Origin: an uncultured Gemmatimonadaceae bacterium
GTDB lineage: Bacteria; Gemmatimonadota; Gemmatimonadetes; Gemmatimonadales; Gemmatimonadaceae
Length of the DNA: 64,000 bases
Assembly (NCBI GenBank): GCA_963829055.1
Contig: CAWHHI010000006.1
Span: forward strand, 288,001 to 352,000
Reading direction: 5' to 3'
Both the position numbers and the translations under genes were made by a program. This document shows, one piece after another, positions 21,340 through 32,332 of this stretch (position 1 is the stretch's first letter; the number at the start of each line of letters is the position of its first letter). Under the pieces are notes generated by a model. It worked only from the letters and a program-made list of their open reading frames with translations. It was not told the origin of the DNA and made no database searches.

Positions 21340-23587
21340 GTGAGCAAGGCGATGGGTGCGGTGCACCTCTTCGGCATCCGCCACCATGGGCCGGGATCGG
21401 CGCGGAGTCTCGAGCACGCGCTCGCCCGCCTCGCGCCCGATATCGTGCTCATCGAGGGGCCGCCGGAAGCGGACGCGCTCATCCCGCTCGCCGCGGATGC
21501 CGCGATGCGCGCGCCCGTGGCGCTGCTCGTCTATCGCCCGGACGCGCCCAGGCGGGCCGTGTACTACCCGTTCGCCGAGTTCTCGCCCGAGTGGCGGGCA
21601 ATGCGATACGCGATCGGACGAGGAATACCAGCTCGCTTCATCGACCTCCCACAGGCGTATCAGCTGATCGATGAGGCGCTGCCTGACGCGGCGCCGAGCC
21701 GACGCGCCCGTCGCGCCGCGGGTGGTCGCGGACGACCCGTTAGGGTGGCTCGCAGCGGCAGCCGGCTATGACGATGGCGAGCGATTCTGGGAGCACCTCG
21801 TCGAGCATCGCCGGAAAGACGACGAGGCCATCTTCGACGCCGTGGCGTCGGTGATGACCGAGCTTCGCGCCGAGTCGGACGCCCGAAGCCGATGCGTCGC
21901 CAGTGAGGACCGAGCGCGAGAGCGCACATGCGGCGCGGGCCATTCGCAGGCGGCGCGCTGCGCGAAGGCTTTCAGCGCATCGCGGTGGTCTGCGGCGCCT
22001 GGCACGTTCCGGCGTTAGGTACCATGCCACCCGCCGCGCACGACGCGGCCATTCTCAAGGGGCTGCCGAAAGCGAAGGTCGAAGCCACGTGGGTGCCGTG
22101 GACGAACGGTCGCCTGTGCGTCGCCAGCGGCTACGGTGCCGGTATCGAGTCGCCCGGGTGGTATCATCACCTGTGGTCCGCGCCTGATCGCGTGACCGAA
22201 CGCTGGCTCGCGCGCGTGGCGGCGCTGCTGCGCGACGAGGATCTCGATGCGTCGTCCGCTCAGATCATCGACACGGCGCGGCTCGCGGATTCGCTGGCCG
22301 CGTTGCGCGGTCGCTCGCTGGCTGGTCTGTCCGAGCTGATGGAGGCGACGCGCGCCGTTCTCTGTAGCGGCGTCGACGCGCCGCTCGCGCTGATCGGCCG
22401 CAAGCTCGTGGTCGGCGAGACACTGGGTCAGGTCCCGGAAACGGCGCCAATGGTTCCGCTGCACCAGGATCTCATCCGTGAGCAGCGTCGCCTTCGCCTT
22501 CCACCGGAAGCCGTCGAGCGAACGCTCGATCTCGACTTGCGGAAGGACACGGACCTCGCGCGCAGTCAGCTGCTGCATCGCCTAACGCTGCTCGGAGTAC
22601 CGTGGGGACGCGGACAGCGAGCGGCAGGGCAGCGCGGGACGTTCCACGAGCTCTGGCTCGTGCAGTGGCAGCCGGAGCTGTCCGTGTCGCTGATCGAGGC
22701 GGCGGTGTGGGGCAACACCGTCGCCTCGGCGGCGACTGCGCGAGCGTCGGACCTGGCCGACAAGGCCGCCGAGCTGCCTGCGCTCACTGCGTTGCTCGAG
22801 CAGGTCGTGCTCGCCAACGTCGGTGATGTCGTGGGGCGGATCATGGCCCGCCTCCAGGAGGAATCGGCGCGAGCGCCGGACATCGCGCACCTCATGGACG
22901 GTCTGCCGGCGCTCGCCAACGTGCTGCGCTACAGTGACGTCAGGCGAACGGATCTCGGCGTCATCGGCGACGTCGTCGATGGATTCGTGGTGCGGATCTG
23001 TGTCGGCCTGGGTGTCGCCTGCAGTTCACTCGACGATGATGCCGCGGCGGCGATGCGCAGGCGGATCGAGGCGGTACACGGCGCGGTCGCGCTGCTCGCG
23101 CGCGAGGAACACACGGCTGCGTGGCACGCCGCAACAGCAAGGCTCGCGGACTCGGAGCAAGTGCACGGCACCGTCGCTGGACGATGCGCGCGTCTGCTCT
23201 TCGATGCCGGAGCGCTGGGCCCGGCCGACGCCGCCCAGCGTCTTTCGCGAACGCTGTCCGCGGCCGAAGATCCCGCGCGTGCAGCGGCGTGGGTGGAAGG
23301 ATTTCTCGCAGGGAGCGGGCAGTTGCTGTTGCACGACGATGCGCTCTGGCAACTCATCGACGGGTGGCTCGTCGCGTCTTCGCGAGGAGACGTTCGTCGC
23401 TCTGCTCCCGCTGCTGCGCCGGGCCTTCTCGGCCTTTGCTGCGCCTGAGCGACGACAGCTTGGCGACCGTGCTCGCCGGCCGAGCACCACGGATGGCCTA
23501 ACGTCTGGGGATAGCGGCGAGTTCGATCACGTCAGAGCGGAGGCGGGACTCCGTACGGTTCTGACGTTGCTGGGTGTGGACGGGTAG
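21340..23587 (+). CDS. DUF5682 family protein, YehM-like (frameshifts near 21700, 21930, 23380)
   Basis: FGIRHHGPGSA, LIEGPPEA, PFAEFSPEW, VCGAWHVPAL, SGYGAG, WVEGFL, LPLLRRAFS. Confidence 0.85.
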
Positions 23588-23700
23588 CCGCGACTTGCCG
23601 GTCCAGCGGCCGGTCGCCAGCTTCTCGAAGCGCGGCGATCCTTGCGCCTCGCGACCGCCTCGGTAGCTTCGCGGTCACCCCACCTCGCGCGGAGCCCCGG

Positions 23701-24129
23701 ATGCTGAAGAAGCTGGCGGCACTCTATGCCCTCACGTCCACAGCCTGCGCGTCATGGCAGACGCAAGGCGGACCACCCGCCCGCGCGATAGAGCAGAGTG
23801 CCTCCAAGGGCGAAGAGATGATCCGCGTCGAGGTCAACTCCGGCAAACGCTGGGAGATCTACGCCGCGACGCTCGTCGGCGACAGCATCATTGGCCGCAA
23901 CACGCCCAAGGCCATTCCGGAGGCCGAGCGGGTTGCCGTCGCGGTGTCGGACGTAAAAAGCATCTCCCGCCACAAATTCAGCGCCGGTCGCACTATCCTC
24001 GCCACCCTGGCGATCACGGTCGCCGTCGTTGCCCTGGTCGGCGCCACCGGATCCTCGTCATCGTCATCATCCTCGAGCTCGTCCTGCGCGTCAGCCAGCG
24101 TGTCGCCGAGCGCGCCGACCGGGGCGTAA
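23701..24129 (+). CDS. Hypothetical lipoprotein with C-terminal TM helix and poly-Ser tail
   Basis: Signal ending LTSTAC, small beta domain, FSAGRT-TM, SSSSSSSSSSC. Confidence 0.65.
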   Translation: MLKKLAALYALTSTACASWQTQGGPPARAIEQSASKGEEMIRVEVNSGKRWEIYAATLVGDSIIGRNTPKAIPEAERVAVAVSDVKSISRHKFSAGRTILATLAITVAVVALVGATGSSSSSSSSSSSCASASVSPSAPTGA

Positions 24130-24144
24130 CCGCCGCGCCGTCGA

Positions 24145-24465
24145 TCAGCCGGCGAACTGCCTCACGAGCGCGATCGCTCCGGCGACGAACGTGACACCGA
24201 GGTAGCCGACCACGAGAGCAGGGCGCTTGAGCACACACCGGCTCTCGCGCAGCCCGCCGCGAATCGCGCGCACGTAGGCCCACAGGCCGAGTGCGCTCAT
24301 GAGCATCACGCACGCCGGCGGTCCGAGGACCCACGCGATGAGCGCGACAGTCGTCATCGCGCAGAATCGCACCGGGTCGAAGCCCGTCGTGCGACCGGGA
24401 GTCGCCGCTGGCGGCCTAACGCCGGCGGCGGCGCGTACGCTGGGGGTCGGGGTTGGCTGCGGCAT
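24145..24465 (-). CDS. Small Cys-containing membrane protein, third gene of the Lgt/radical SAM module
   Basis: ATG at 24465 in a TGATG overlap; FDPVRFCAMTTVALIAWVLGP...ESRCVLKRPALVVGYL, about 3 TM. Confidence 0.6.
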   Translation of the reverse strand: MPQPTPTPSVRAAAGVRPPAATPGRTTGFDPVRFCAMTTVALIAWVLGPPACVMLMSALGLWAYVRAIRGGLRESRCVLKRPALVVGYLGVTFVAGAIALVRQFAG

Positions 24466-26044
24466 CAGTCGGCACCGATTGGCTGCGGCGGCCCGTGCGG
24501 CGCGCGCCGCCCGCGCGACCAGCTCCGACGGCTTCATCTGGGAGAGGGGTGACCATGCCTGCACGGCGCAGAAGGGAACGCACTGGTGCGCGTCGCCGTC
24601 CTGCGTCCCGACGTGGACGCAGCACTGCACCAGACGCTCCTCGATCATGGTGTTGATGTCCATGAAGGGCTTGATGGTGATGCGCTTGATGCGCTCCGAG
24701 ACCAGCTTGCGGAAGCCGCTCCGGTCGCCGAGCATCGCCTGGCCAGCGAGCCGCACCAGCGTGCTGAGGCCGAGGTCGCACGTCTCGCACACGTCCCGAA
24801 AGATCTGCGCGAGCGATGGATGCGTGAGCGAGCTCCGCTCACTGAACAGCCCGAGCAGCGCCTCCTTCACCAACCCGCGAAGCTGCTTCGTGATCTGCGC
24901 GTCGGCGATGCGGTTGGCAACGAGGTCGAGGTGCTGCTTCAGCGTGTCTTCCCCCACGAGGCTGAGGAGCGAGCGCCACTCACCGGCGTCGGTGCGGAGC
25001 AGGTAGCCGATGCTACAGCAGTGTGGATGCGAGCAGGGGAGTGCCGTGAGGTCGCGCCAGGTGACGAGCCCGTTCGTCTGTGGGCCGAGTCGCGCGAGGA
25101 CGCCACCATGCGTTAGGCGGTCCGTGGGGTCGAGCGTGAGTGATCGCCCCGACGTGAACTGCGGCTGGATCGACACGCCACCGACGAAGGGCGTCTCGAG
25201 CATGTACTGGATCACGTCGCCGATCTCGTCGTCGTTGACGCCGAGGGACGCCGTCATCGTCAGCGTCGTGAACACGCCGGCTGCGCTCAGGCGCTCGATC
25301 GCCTCGCGTTTGACGCGGCGCAGGTCGGCGCCGCGGTGGGCGCGGTGCGTCTCCAGGCGGAAGCCGTCGAACTGGAAGTACATCTCGATGCGCGTGTTGT
25401 GGCGTTCGAAGAACGAGACGAGTTGATCGTTGCGCGCGATCTGGATGCCGTTGGTGTTGATGACGAGCCGCTGGATGTCGCGCTCGATCAGCGCCTCGAG
25501 GAGCGGAATGAGGTCGGGGTGGATCGTCGGCTCGCCGCCGCTGATCATCAGCACGTCGAGTCGGCCGTTCTCTCGCTCCAGGCGCGCGTCGACGTTCGCG
25601 AGCACCTGCTCCACCGGAACGAACCCGTGCAGGCTCGGCGACGAGTCGGCGAAGCAGGTCGGGCAGGTGAGGTTGCAGGCCGCGGTCACGTCCTCGAGCA
25701 GGATGCAGGTGTGCTGCGTCTGCATCTCGCCCAGCCCCCGCGCGTAGACCAGCGGGACGGGGTCGAAGTTGCCCGGCGTGTCGGGGATGTGGACCTTCGT
25801 CGGCGCCGTCCACTGCTCCAGCCAGCGCAGGATCTCGGGCTGCTCGTCGTACAGCGTCGTGATGCGACCGTGGTCGGGGCAGCCGCGCACGAGCCACGCC
25901 TTCCCGTCGCGCTCCGCGATGTAGCCGGACAGACGTCGCACGTTCGGCGAGGTTCTGCTCTGGCGACTCGCGGTGGCATTCGGGGCAGAACGCGGTGACG
26001 TAGCGCATGACGCGTTCGTCGCGCAGTGGCATTCCGACCGGCAT
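24465..26044 (-). CDS. Radical SAM protein, Tes/GDGT-MAS (MJ0619)-like (frameshift near 25945)
   Basis: N-terminal CPEC...CPDHG, CNLTCPTCFA, SGGEPT, NTNG, YFQFDG, PCSHPHCC, QCCVH, VPFCA. Confidence 0.75.
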
Positions 26045-26068
26045 GATGTCTCTGGGCCTCGGGTGGCG

Positions 26069-26879
26069 TTAGGCGGGTACGGCGCCGGCAAGCGTCTCGC
26101 GCTCACCGCGCCGGCGTCGGATGAAGTACGCGACGAGCGCGACCACACCCGGAAGCACGGTGAGTTGCGATCCACTCAGGCCCAGAGCCATCTCCGGACT
26201 ACCGCGGGTGAACTCGACGAAAAAGCGGAAGACGGCGTAGGCGAGCAGGAAGGCCTTGAAGACGTCGCCCTCCGACATCCACGGCGCTGGCAGCGCGCGT
26301 CGATTCGCGACGCGGAAGAGCACCCAGGCGGCGATTCCAAGGAACGCGGCCTCGTACAGGAAGGAGGGGTGCATCGCGAGGCCGCTCGTGCATGCGGCGC
26401 AGTTGCCGATCCGCGCCGCGGCGTCGGGCGGGACCCGCACGCCCCAGGGCAGCGTCGTTACCGTCCCTGGGCGCTCGGCCAGAAAGCAGCCGATGCGTCC
26501 GATTGCCATGCCGAGCGCGGTACCTGGAATGAGCAAATCGCCCGTCTGGCGGCGGTAGCCGATGAGTCGTTTCGTGACCACGACTCCCGCATACGCGCCG
26601 GCGAGTCCGGCAAGCAGACTCTTACCTCCATACGCGAGGAACCCGGGGAGCGAGGGGTCGCGTGCGTCCAGCAAATACCGGAAGACGAGACCATAACGCG
26701 CGAGGATCGCGGCGCCTACCAGCCCTCCCGCTATCACGAGAAGGAAATCCTGATCGGCGCGTCCGGCGCGCCTCGCGATCCGCCACGAAGTCACGAGCGC
26801 GACCGCGATCCCGAGCGCGACGAACACCGCGTGGGAGTAGATGACGTAACGCGCCCACGTGCAGGAGGACCGGTCGCAT
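26069..26879 (-). CDS. Prolipoprotein diacylglyceryl transferase (Lgt)-like protein (frameshift near 26850)
   Basis: MRPVLLHVG start, GRIGCFL (cf. the Lgt GR.GNF signature), TTLPWG, HPSFLYE, YAVFRFFVEFTR. Confidence 0.8.
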
Positions 26880-27070
26880 GCGCTGAGCGGCGGGAAGAGG
26901 AAACAGCTGAGGCGAATATGCAGCGAGCCCCTCACAGCGCAAGCACCGGCGTTCGGCGAGGCCTAACGTCGCCAGGCTACGAACCCGAGCGCGCCATTGA
27001 GCCACCGTCGGCTTGCGGAGCTCGGATACAGAAATAGATTGCGTTTTGTACAGATACGAGGCGGGGCCAC

Positions 27071-27411
27071 ATGGCGCGAAAGAAAGCGAGTTCAGCGCGC
27101 GGGTCGAAACCGGCTCGCCACGGCAAGTCACAGACAGCGTCCTATCCGACACCGGGGGAATCGAGCTTCGTGAAAGAAGGCTCCCTTTGGCCGTAAAGCG
27201 TACGCGAAAAAACATGGACATGGACCAGGCCAAGCTGGACGTGGCCAGACGCTTCTTTGGCGCACGGACGGAGACCGAAGCCGTGAATACGGCGCTGGAC
27301 CTTGCCGCATTTCAGAGTGAGGTCGAAGCCGGAATCGATAAGATGGTGAAGGCGGGCGGTGTATCGAGCGCCGTCGACGCGACCTGCCGCCTTCCTTCAT
27401 CAATGACGTGA
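27071..27411 (+). CDS. VapB-like antitoxin (start uncertain: 27071 with a frameshift, or TTG 27187)
   Basis: KRTRKNMDMDQAKLDVARRFFGARTETEAVNTALD resembles RHH VapB antitoxins. Confidence 0.55.
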
Positions 27412-27525
27412 TGATCGCTGTCTCATGCTGCGAGAACGGCATCACACTCATTACAAACAACGCAAAGGATTTCACGACGATCACCCGTCATCGAAGTCCT
27501 TCGCGTTCGAAGCGCCGTGGCCAAG
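27387..27525 (+). pseudogene. VapC/PIN toxin C-terminal remnant
   Basis: SFINDVMIAVSCCENGITLITNNAKDFTTI, then FAFEAPWP in a shifted frame; the N-terminal PIN half is missing. Confidence 0.6.
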
Positions 27526-27607
27526 CAGTCCCCGGCGCAAGACCCGACCAAGGTAGAGGTGCAGCGGCCGCCCGATCCCAGGGTACTCGCCCTCGACAAT
27601 CGTTAGG

Positions 27608-28300
27608 TCACGCGGTCGGAAATCCGAGCGCGCCGTTGAGCCACCGCACGAGCGGCAGCAACCCCTGGAACTCCTTCGCGAGCAGCGCCGGGAGCTTCGC
27701 GTCCGTGACCTGCGCGTCGGTGACCGGGCGGCCGCTCACGAACGACTGATAGCGAAGCCACTTCGCCGCCGGATGGTCCTCGGCGAACCCGCGCGGCATG
27801 CGCTTGAGCACTGCCTCATCGTCGAGCCCACCGTACTTCTTCGTGAGCCCGCGCGCTATGCGGTCGAAGCCAACCGGGTCATGGGCGATCGCGTCGCGCA
27901 GCCGGTTGAGTTGCGGCCGAGGAGGCATCCAGAGCCCACCGCCGACGAACGACTTCCCGGGCTCGAGGTGAAAGTAGAAGCCGGCGCTTCCGGCGTCCGC
28001 TTCGCTGCCAACGCGCGACGTCGCACGGCGGTGGTGGAACCAGCACGCCGCGTGGGTCTTGTACGGCGACTTGTCGCTCGAGAAGCGAATGTCGCGATTG
28101 ATGCGGAACATCGACCGCTTCGGGTCGCCGCCGATCTCGGGCGCGAATTTCGTGAACCGCGCGTTCATCTCGCCAATGAGATCGCGCATTGGCTCGCGCA
28201 CCTCGCCCTCGTAGTCGGCGCGGTGCGCCTCGAACCATTCCTTGTTGTTGTTCTTTGCGAGGCCGCGGAAGAACCGCAGCGCGGCCGGTGTGAATGGCAT
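27608..28300 (-). CDS. DUF2461 family protein
   Basis: FFRGLAKNNNKEWFEAHR, FRINRDIRFSSDKSPYKT, LKRMPRGF. Confidence 0.9.
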   Translation of the reverse strand: MPFTPAALRFFRGLAKNNNKEWFEAHRADYEGEVREPMRDLIGEMNARFTKFAPEIGGDPKRSMFRINRDIRFSSDKSPYKTHAACWFHHRRATSRVGSEADAGSAGFYFHLEPGKSFVGGGLWMPPRPQLNRLRDAIAHDPVGFDRIARGLTKKYGGLDDEAVLKRMPRGFAEDHPAAKWLRYQSFVSGRPVTDAQVTDAKLPALLAKEFQGLLPLVRWLNGALGFPTA

Positions 28301-28563
28301 CGTCCCCTCTTCGGCTGGTGCGGTGATGCAGTATCCATGACTCTGCCATTACAGTAATCGCCTCACGCGCCGCCGCGAGGCGTCGGCAGCCGGCTCGCTC
28401 GTCTGCGCGTGTCGCGCTCGAGAAGCGTTGAGGGGTCATGAGACGGAATCGTCCCTGGCTGCGTTGAATCTGAGGAGCAGTGGACGGCGCACAGCGCCTG
28501 CCAGGCCCAGCGCTGCGGTTCGGTTGGCAGGCGCAGCGCTTCGTACAGCGCAGGAGGAGTCCA

Positions 28564-29109
28564 ATGTCGCGTATGGGTCTCTACACACCGGTCGTGCTCG
28601 GATTGGCGGTGTCGGTCGCCGCCCCTCGCATCCTCGTCGCCCAACGTACCGCCTCAGCGCGGCAAGGAGGGGCGGCAGCAACCGGGCCACTGACCGATGT
28701 CTCTGTGACGTTAGGCGGGCAGACCGTCACGGGGCGCGTCGACGCCAACTGCCACGTGGATGAGCGCGCGACGCCAAGCAACACGCGTGCGTACTTCGTG
28801 GCGATGTACCCGTGGTTCGGTCAACGCGTCGCGGCGGACAAGCCGCAGTGGCGCTTTGATCTGGAGATCCGCCGTGGTGCCACGTCGGAAGCGTCGGATC
28901 AGTTCGTGTTCTCGTTCCTCGACGGCCAGAAATCGGGAACGATTCAAACGGTGTCAGGTTCCCAGCGGATGGGGAGCGGCACCGTCCGGGTCACCCGCCA
29001 CGGCAACGGCGCCCGGTTCGACGTCGATGGGCGAACCAAGGAAGGCGACCCGGTCCGCGCGACGATCGACTGCTCGGCGTTCCAGAAGAGCGAGGGCGCG
29101 GGCGGATAA
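28564..29109 (+). CDS. Hypothetical secreted beta-rich protein
   Basis: AGGAGGAG RBS, signal peptide, two Cys; no recognised family. Confidence 0.6.
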   Translation: MSRMGLYTPVVLGLAVSVAAPRILVAQRTASARQGGAAATGPLTDVSVTLGGQTVTGRVDANCHVDERATPSNTRAYFVAMYPWFGQRVAADKPQWRFDLEIRRGATSEASDQFVFSFLDGQKSGTIQTVSGSQRMGSGTVRVTRHGNGARFDVDGRTKEGDPVRATIDCSAFQKSEGAGG

Positions 29110-29133
29110 GGCGCCAGGCTTCTCATTGCCCGC

Positions 29134-31813
29134 CTACCGCATCGCCGTGATGGGATCGACGCGTGTCGCTCGCCGCACCGGAACCATGAGCGCCACCGTC
29201 GCCGCAACGAGCAGCATCAGCACCGCCAGGCCGAGTGCGAGCGGATCGAACTGCGCGACGCCGTAGAGCATCCCGCGCACCAGCCGCGAGACCACCACGA
29301 CGCCACCCGCCCCGACGACCAGTCCGAGCACCATCCACGCGCCGCCCTGCCGCAGGACGAGCCGAGCGATGGCGCCGCGGCTCGAGCCTAACGCCATGCG
29401 CACGCCGAACTCCCGCTCGCGCGCCGCCGCCATGGCCGCGAACATCGCATACACACCCACTGACGCGAGCAGTAGCGCCAGCGCCACCGAACGCGGTCAT
29501 GAGCACGACAGGGAGACGCCGTCCCGCGAGCCCGTCCGAGATCAGCGAGCGAAGCGTCGCCGGATTGTTGAGCGGCAACCGCGGGTCGATCGACGCCAGC
29601 GTCTGCTGCACCGGCTTCACCAGCGCCATCGGGTCACCGCGGGTGCGGATCACGAAGATCGGGCCGTTCCACGGATTGACGCGGTTCGACATGTACATCG
29701 TGATCTCCGGATCCGGCCGCGCGGGGTCATTGCGCTCGTTGCCGACGACGCCGACCACGGTGAACACCGGCGTCTCCGGGCTCGCGTCGAGACGGACACG
29801 TCCGCCCACCGCGCCGCCGTTAGGCCACAGGCGCCGCGCCAGTGACTCGTTGATGATGAGCGTGGGCGGCCCGTCGGCGAGGTCCTGCGGGCCGAAGGTC
29901 CGGCCTTCCTTGAGTGGGATCCCCAGCGTACGGAAATAGTCATCGGACACCGTCGTGTACAACGCGAGCGGGACAGCATCGCTCGGTGGTGGCGGCGCAC
30001 CTTCGACGAAAATCGAGTTGTGATTGCCCACCCGTGTCGGGACCTCACCGGTACTCGCCACGGAGATGACGCCGGGGAGTGCTCGCACGCGCTCCTCGAA
30101 CTGCGACACGAATTCCGAACGCGACGCGTTCGTCGTGTACGTGCCCGGCGGGAGCTGCACCGCGACCGTCAGCACGTCGTCGGGGTTGAAGCCTAACGGG
30201 GTAGCAGTCATGGCCCAGAGGCTGCGAGCCAGGAGACCCGCACCGGCGAGCAGGCTGAGACAGAGCGCGATCTGCCCCGCCACGAGGATCCCGCGCAGGC
30301 GCCGTGAGCGCGTGCTCTCGCTCGTGCCGCGTCCCTCATCGCGGAGCGTGTCCTGCGGGTCGGCGCGGCTCACCGCCAGCGCCGGGGTGACGCCGAAGGC
30401 GAGCCCGGTGCCGAGTGCCACGAGCGCCGTGACGAGCAGCGCGCCTCCGTCGAGCGACAGCTCGGCGTAGGGCGGCAGCGCGCGCAGCGCGAGCCCGCGC
30501 AGCACCTTGAGGCCGAGCACCGCCAGGAGGATGCCGGCGGCTCCGCCGGCGAGCGCGAGCACCACGCTCTCCGTGAGCAGCTGCCTGACGACTCTCCCGC
30601 GATTCGCGCCTAACGCGACACGCACCGCGAACTCGCGCCGGCGAGTGAGCCCGCGTGACAGGAGCGCTCCCGCGAGGTTCGCGCAGGTGATCAGGAGCAC
30701 GAGTCCCGCGCTCGCCAGCAGCACGAGCAGGGCTTTCCGGGTGTCGCCGACCATCGACTCCCGGATCGGCATCGCGACAATGCGTGCGCTCCCGTTGAAC
30801 TGCGGGTACTCGCGCGCCAGGTCCTTGCCGATGCGTGACAGGTCCTCCCGCGCCGCCTCCACGGTGATGCCCGGCTTCAACCGGCCGACGAACCCGTAGT
30901 TCTGCTGCCGACGCAGTCGCACCGGGTCACGCATCGCCCCGTGGAAGTCGAGCGCGAAGTAGAAGTCGATCTCGCCCGGCATGGGCGCGACGAACCCGCG
31001 CGGCAGGACGCCGATGATCGTGCGGGTGATCCCGTTCACGCGCACCGCGCGCCCGATGATGCCGGGGTCGCCGCCGAACAGCCGCTGCCACGTGGCGTAC
31101 GTGGCGATGATGTTGTACGCCGTATCGGCCGCGGCGTCTTCAGCGCGAAACACGCGACCGCGGGCGGCCGGTACGCCGAGGGTCGGGAACAGTGCGGGCT
31201 CGACCCACGCGACCCGCGCGACGATCGGGTTGCCATCGCCGTTGTACACCGCCTCACGCGGCCGGCCCTCGAACGCCGCCACCTGCGTGAACGATCGCTG
31301 ACGCGCGGCAATGTCCATGATCGTGCCGGCGCTCACGGGACCGCGGTCGTTCGAGCCGTCGATCCGGCGGCTGTACCCGCGCATGACGCGGTCGGCGTCG
31401 GCGTACGGCAGCGCATCGAGGAGCACCGACTTCACGACGCCGAACACCGCGGCGTTGGCGCCGATGCCTAACGCCAACGTGAGGACGGCGAGCAGCGTGA
31501 ACAGCGGCGCGCGGAGCAGGGAGCGGACGCCGAACCTGAGATCCTGTCGGAGATCGTCGAACCATTCGGCGCGCCGCTCGAGCGCCGCGCGTTCCCGGTC
31601 TTCCGCACTCATGGCCATGCTCCAGTGGTTGGTGTCCCCGAACCGCCGATGCGCTTCCGCGCGCGCCGCCTCCGGCGTCGAGCCGCGCGCCACCAACTCG
31701 GCGACCCGCATCTCCAGATGAAACGCGACCTCCTCGTCCACGTCCGCCTCGATCCGCGGGCGCCTGAGGGCGAGGCGGAACGCGCGTCGCGTGCCGTTAG
31801 GCAGCTCTGCCAT
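29134..31813 (-). CDS. ADOP-family duplicated MacB/FtsX-type ABC permease with permease-prefix domain (frameshift near 29487)
   Basis: EEVAFHLEMR...RRFG prefix, QDLRFGVRSL, TLALGIGANAAVF, LLITCANLA, RRREFAVRVALGA, RRATRVDP. Confidence 0.9.
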
Positions 31814-31833
31814 TGTTCTTGCTGCGTCCCACG

Positions 31834-32175
31834 TCAGGCGGTGCGGAGCGCGGCGAAGATGGCCTCCGCGTAGCGCGTCCAGGTGGCGGTCCGGGCTATG
31901 AGCTGCCGGCGCCCGGCGGGCGTCAGCGTGTAGTACTTGGCCCGCCGATTGGCATCGGACACGCCCCACTCACTCGCCGCCCAGCCGTTCTTCTCGAGGC
32001 GGTGGAGTGCGTGGTACAGCGCGCCTTCCTCGACCTGGAGCGTCCCGCCGGTGACGTCCTGGATCCAGTTCGCGACGGCGTAGCCGTGGCGCGGCCCCCA
32101 CGTGAGCGCCTTGAGGACGAGCACGTCGAGCGTGCCTTTGAGAAGGTCGAGGTTGTCGTCGCTCACCGTGCCCAC
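31834..32175 (-). CDS. PadR-family transcriptional regulator (ADOP-associated type)
   Basis: LLKGTLDVLVLKAL...PRHGYAV...EEGALYHALHRLE...NRRAKYYTLT. Confidence 0.92.
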   Translation of the reverse strand: MGTVSDDNLDLLKGTLDVLVLKALTWGPRHGYAVANWIQDVTGGTLQVEEGALYHALHRLEKNGWAASEWGVSDANRRAKYYTLTPAGRRQLIARTATWTRYAEAIFAALRTA

Positions 32176-32192
32176 CTGGTCATCGTGCTTTG

Positions 32193-32209
32193 CCCTGAAT
32201 CATTCAGGG
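32193..32209. promoter_or_regulatory. Candidate PadR operator palindrome
   Basis: CCCTGAAT-C-ATTCAGGG perfect inverted repeat immediately upstream of padR. Confidence 0.55.
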
Positions 32210-32332
32210 GAATAAATGGCGGTGTGCAACGACGGTGTCAAGAGAGTGGCGACGACGCGACCGGCATGATCCACACGCGGGCATCGTCGGCGGCGGGTCG
32301 TGGGCGTCGACGAAGTGCGCGCTAGGGCCGAT

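Noticed and set aside
23701..24129. Ser-rich tail as a RiPP precursor for the adjacent radical SAM
   Set aside because: The gene is convergent, not co-transcribed, looks like a membrane lipoprotein, and the enzyme shows no recognisable SPASM/RRE features.
24145..26175. Apparent 676-aa radical SAM-membrane protein fusion
   Set aside because: A TGATG overlap at 24463-24467 suggests two genes with an indel just upstream. A true fusion is not excluded but is less likely.
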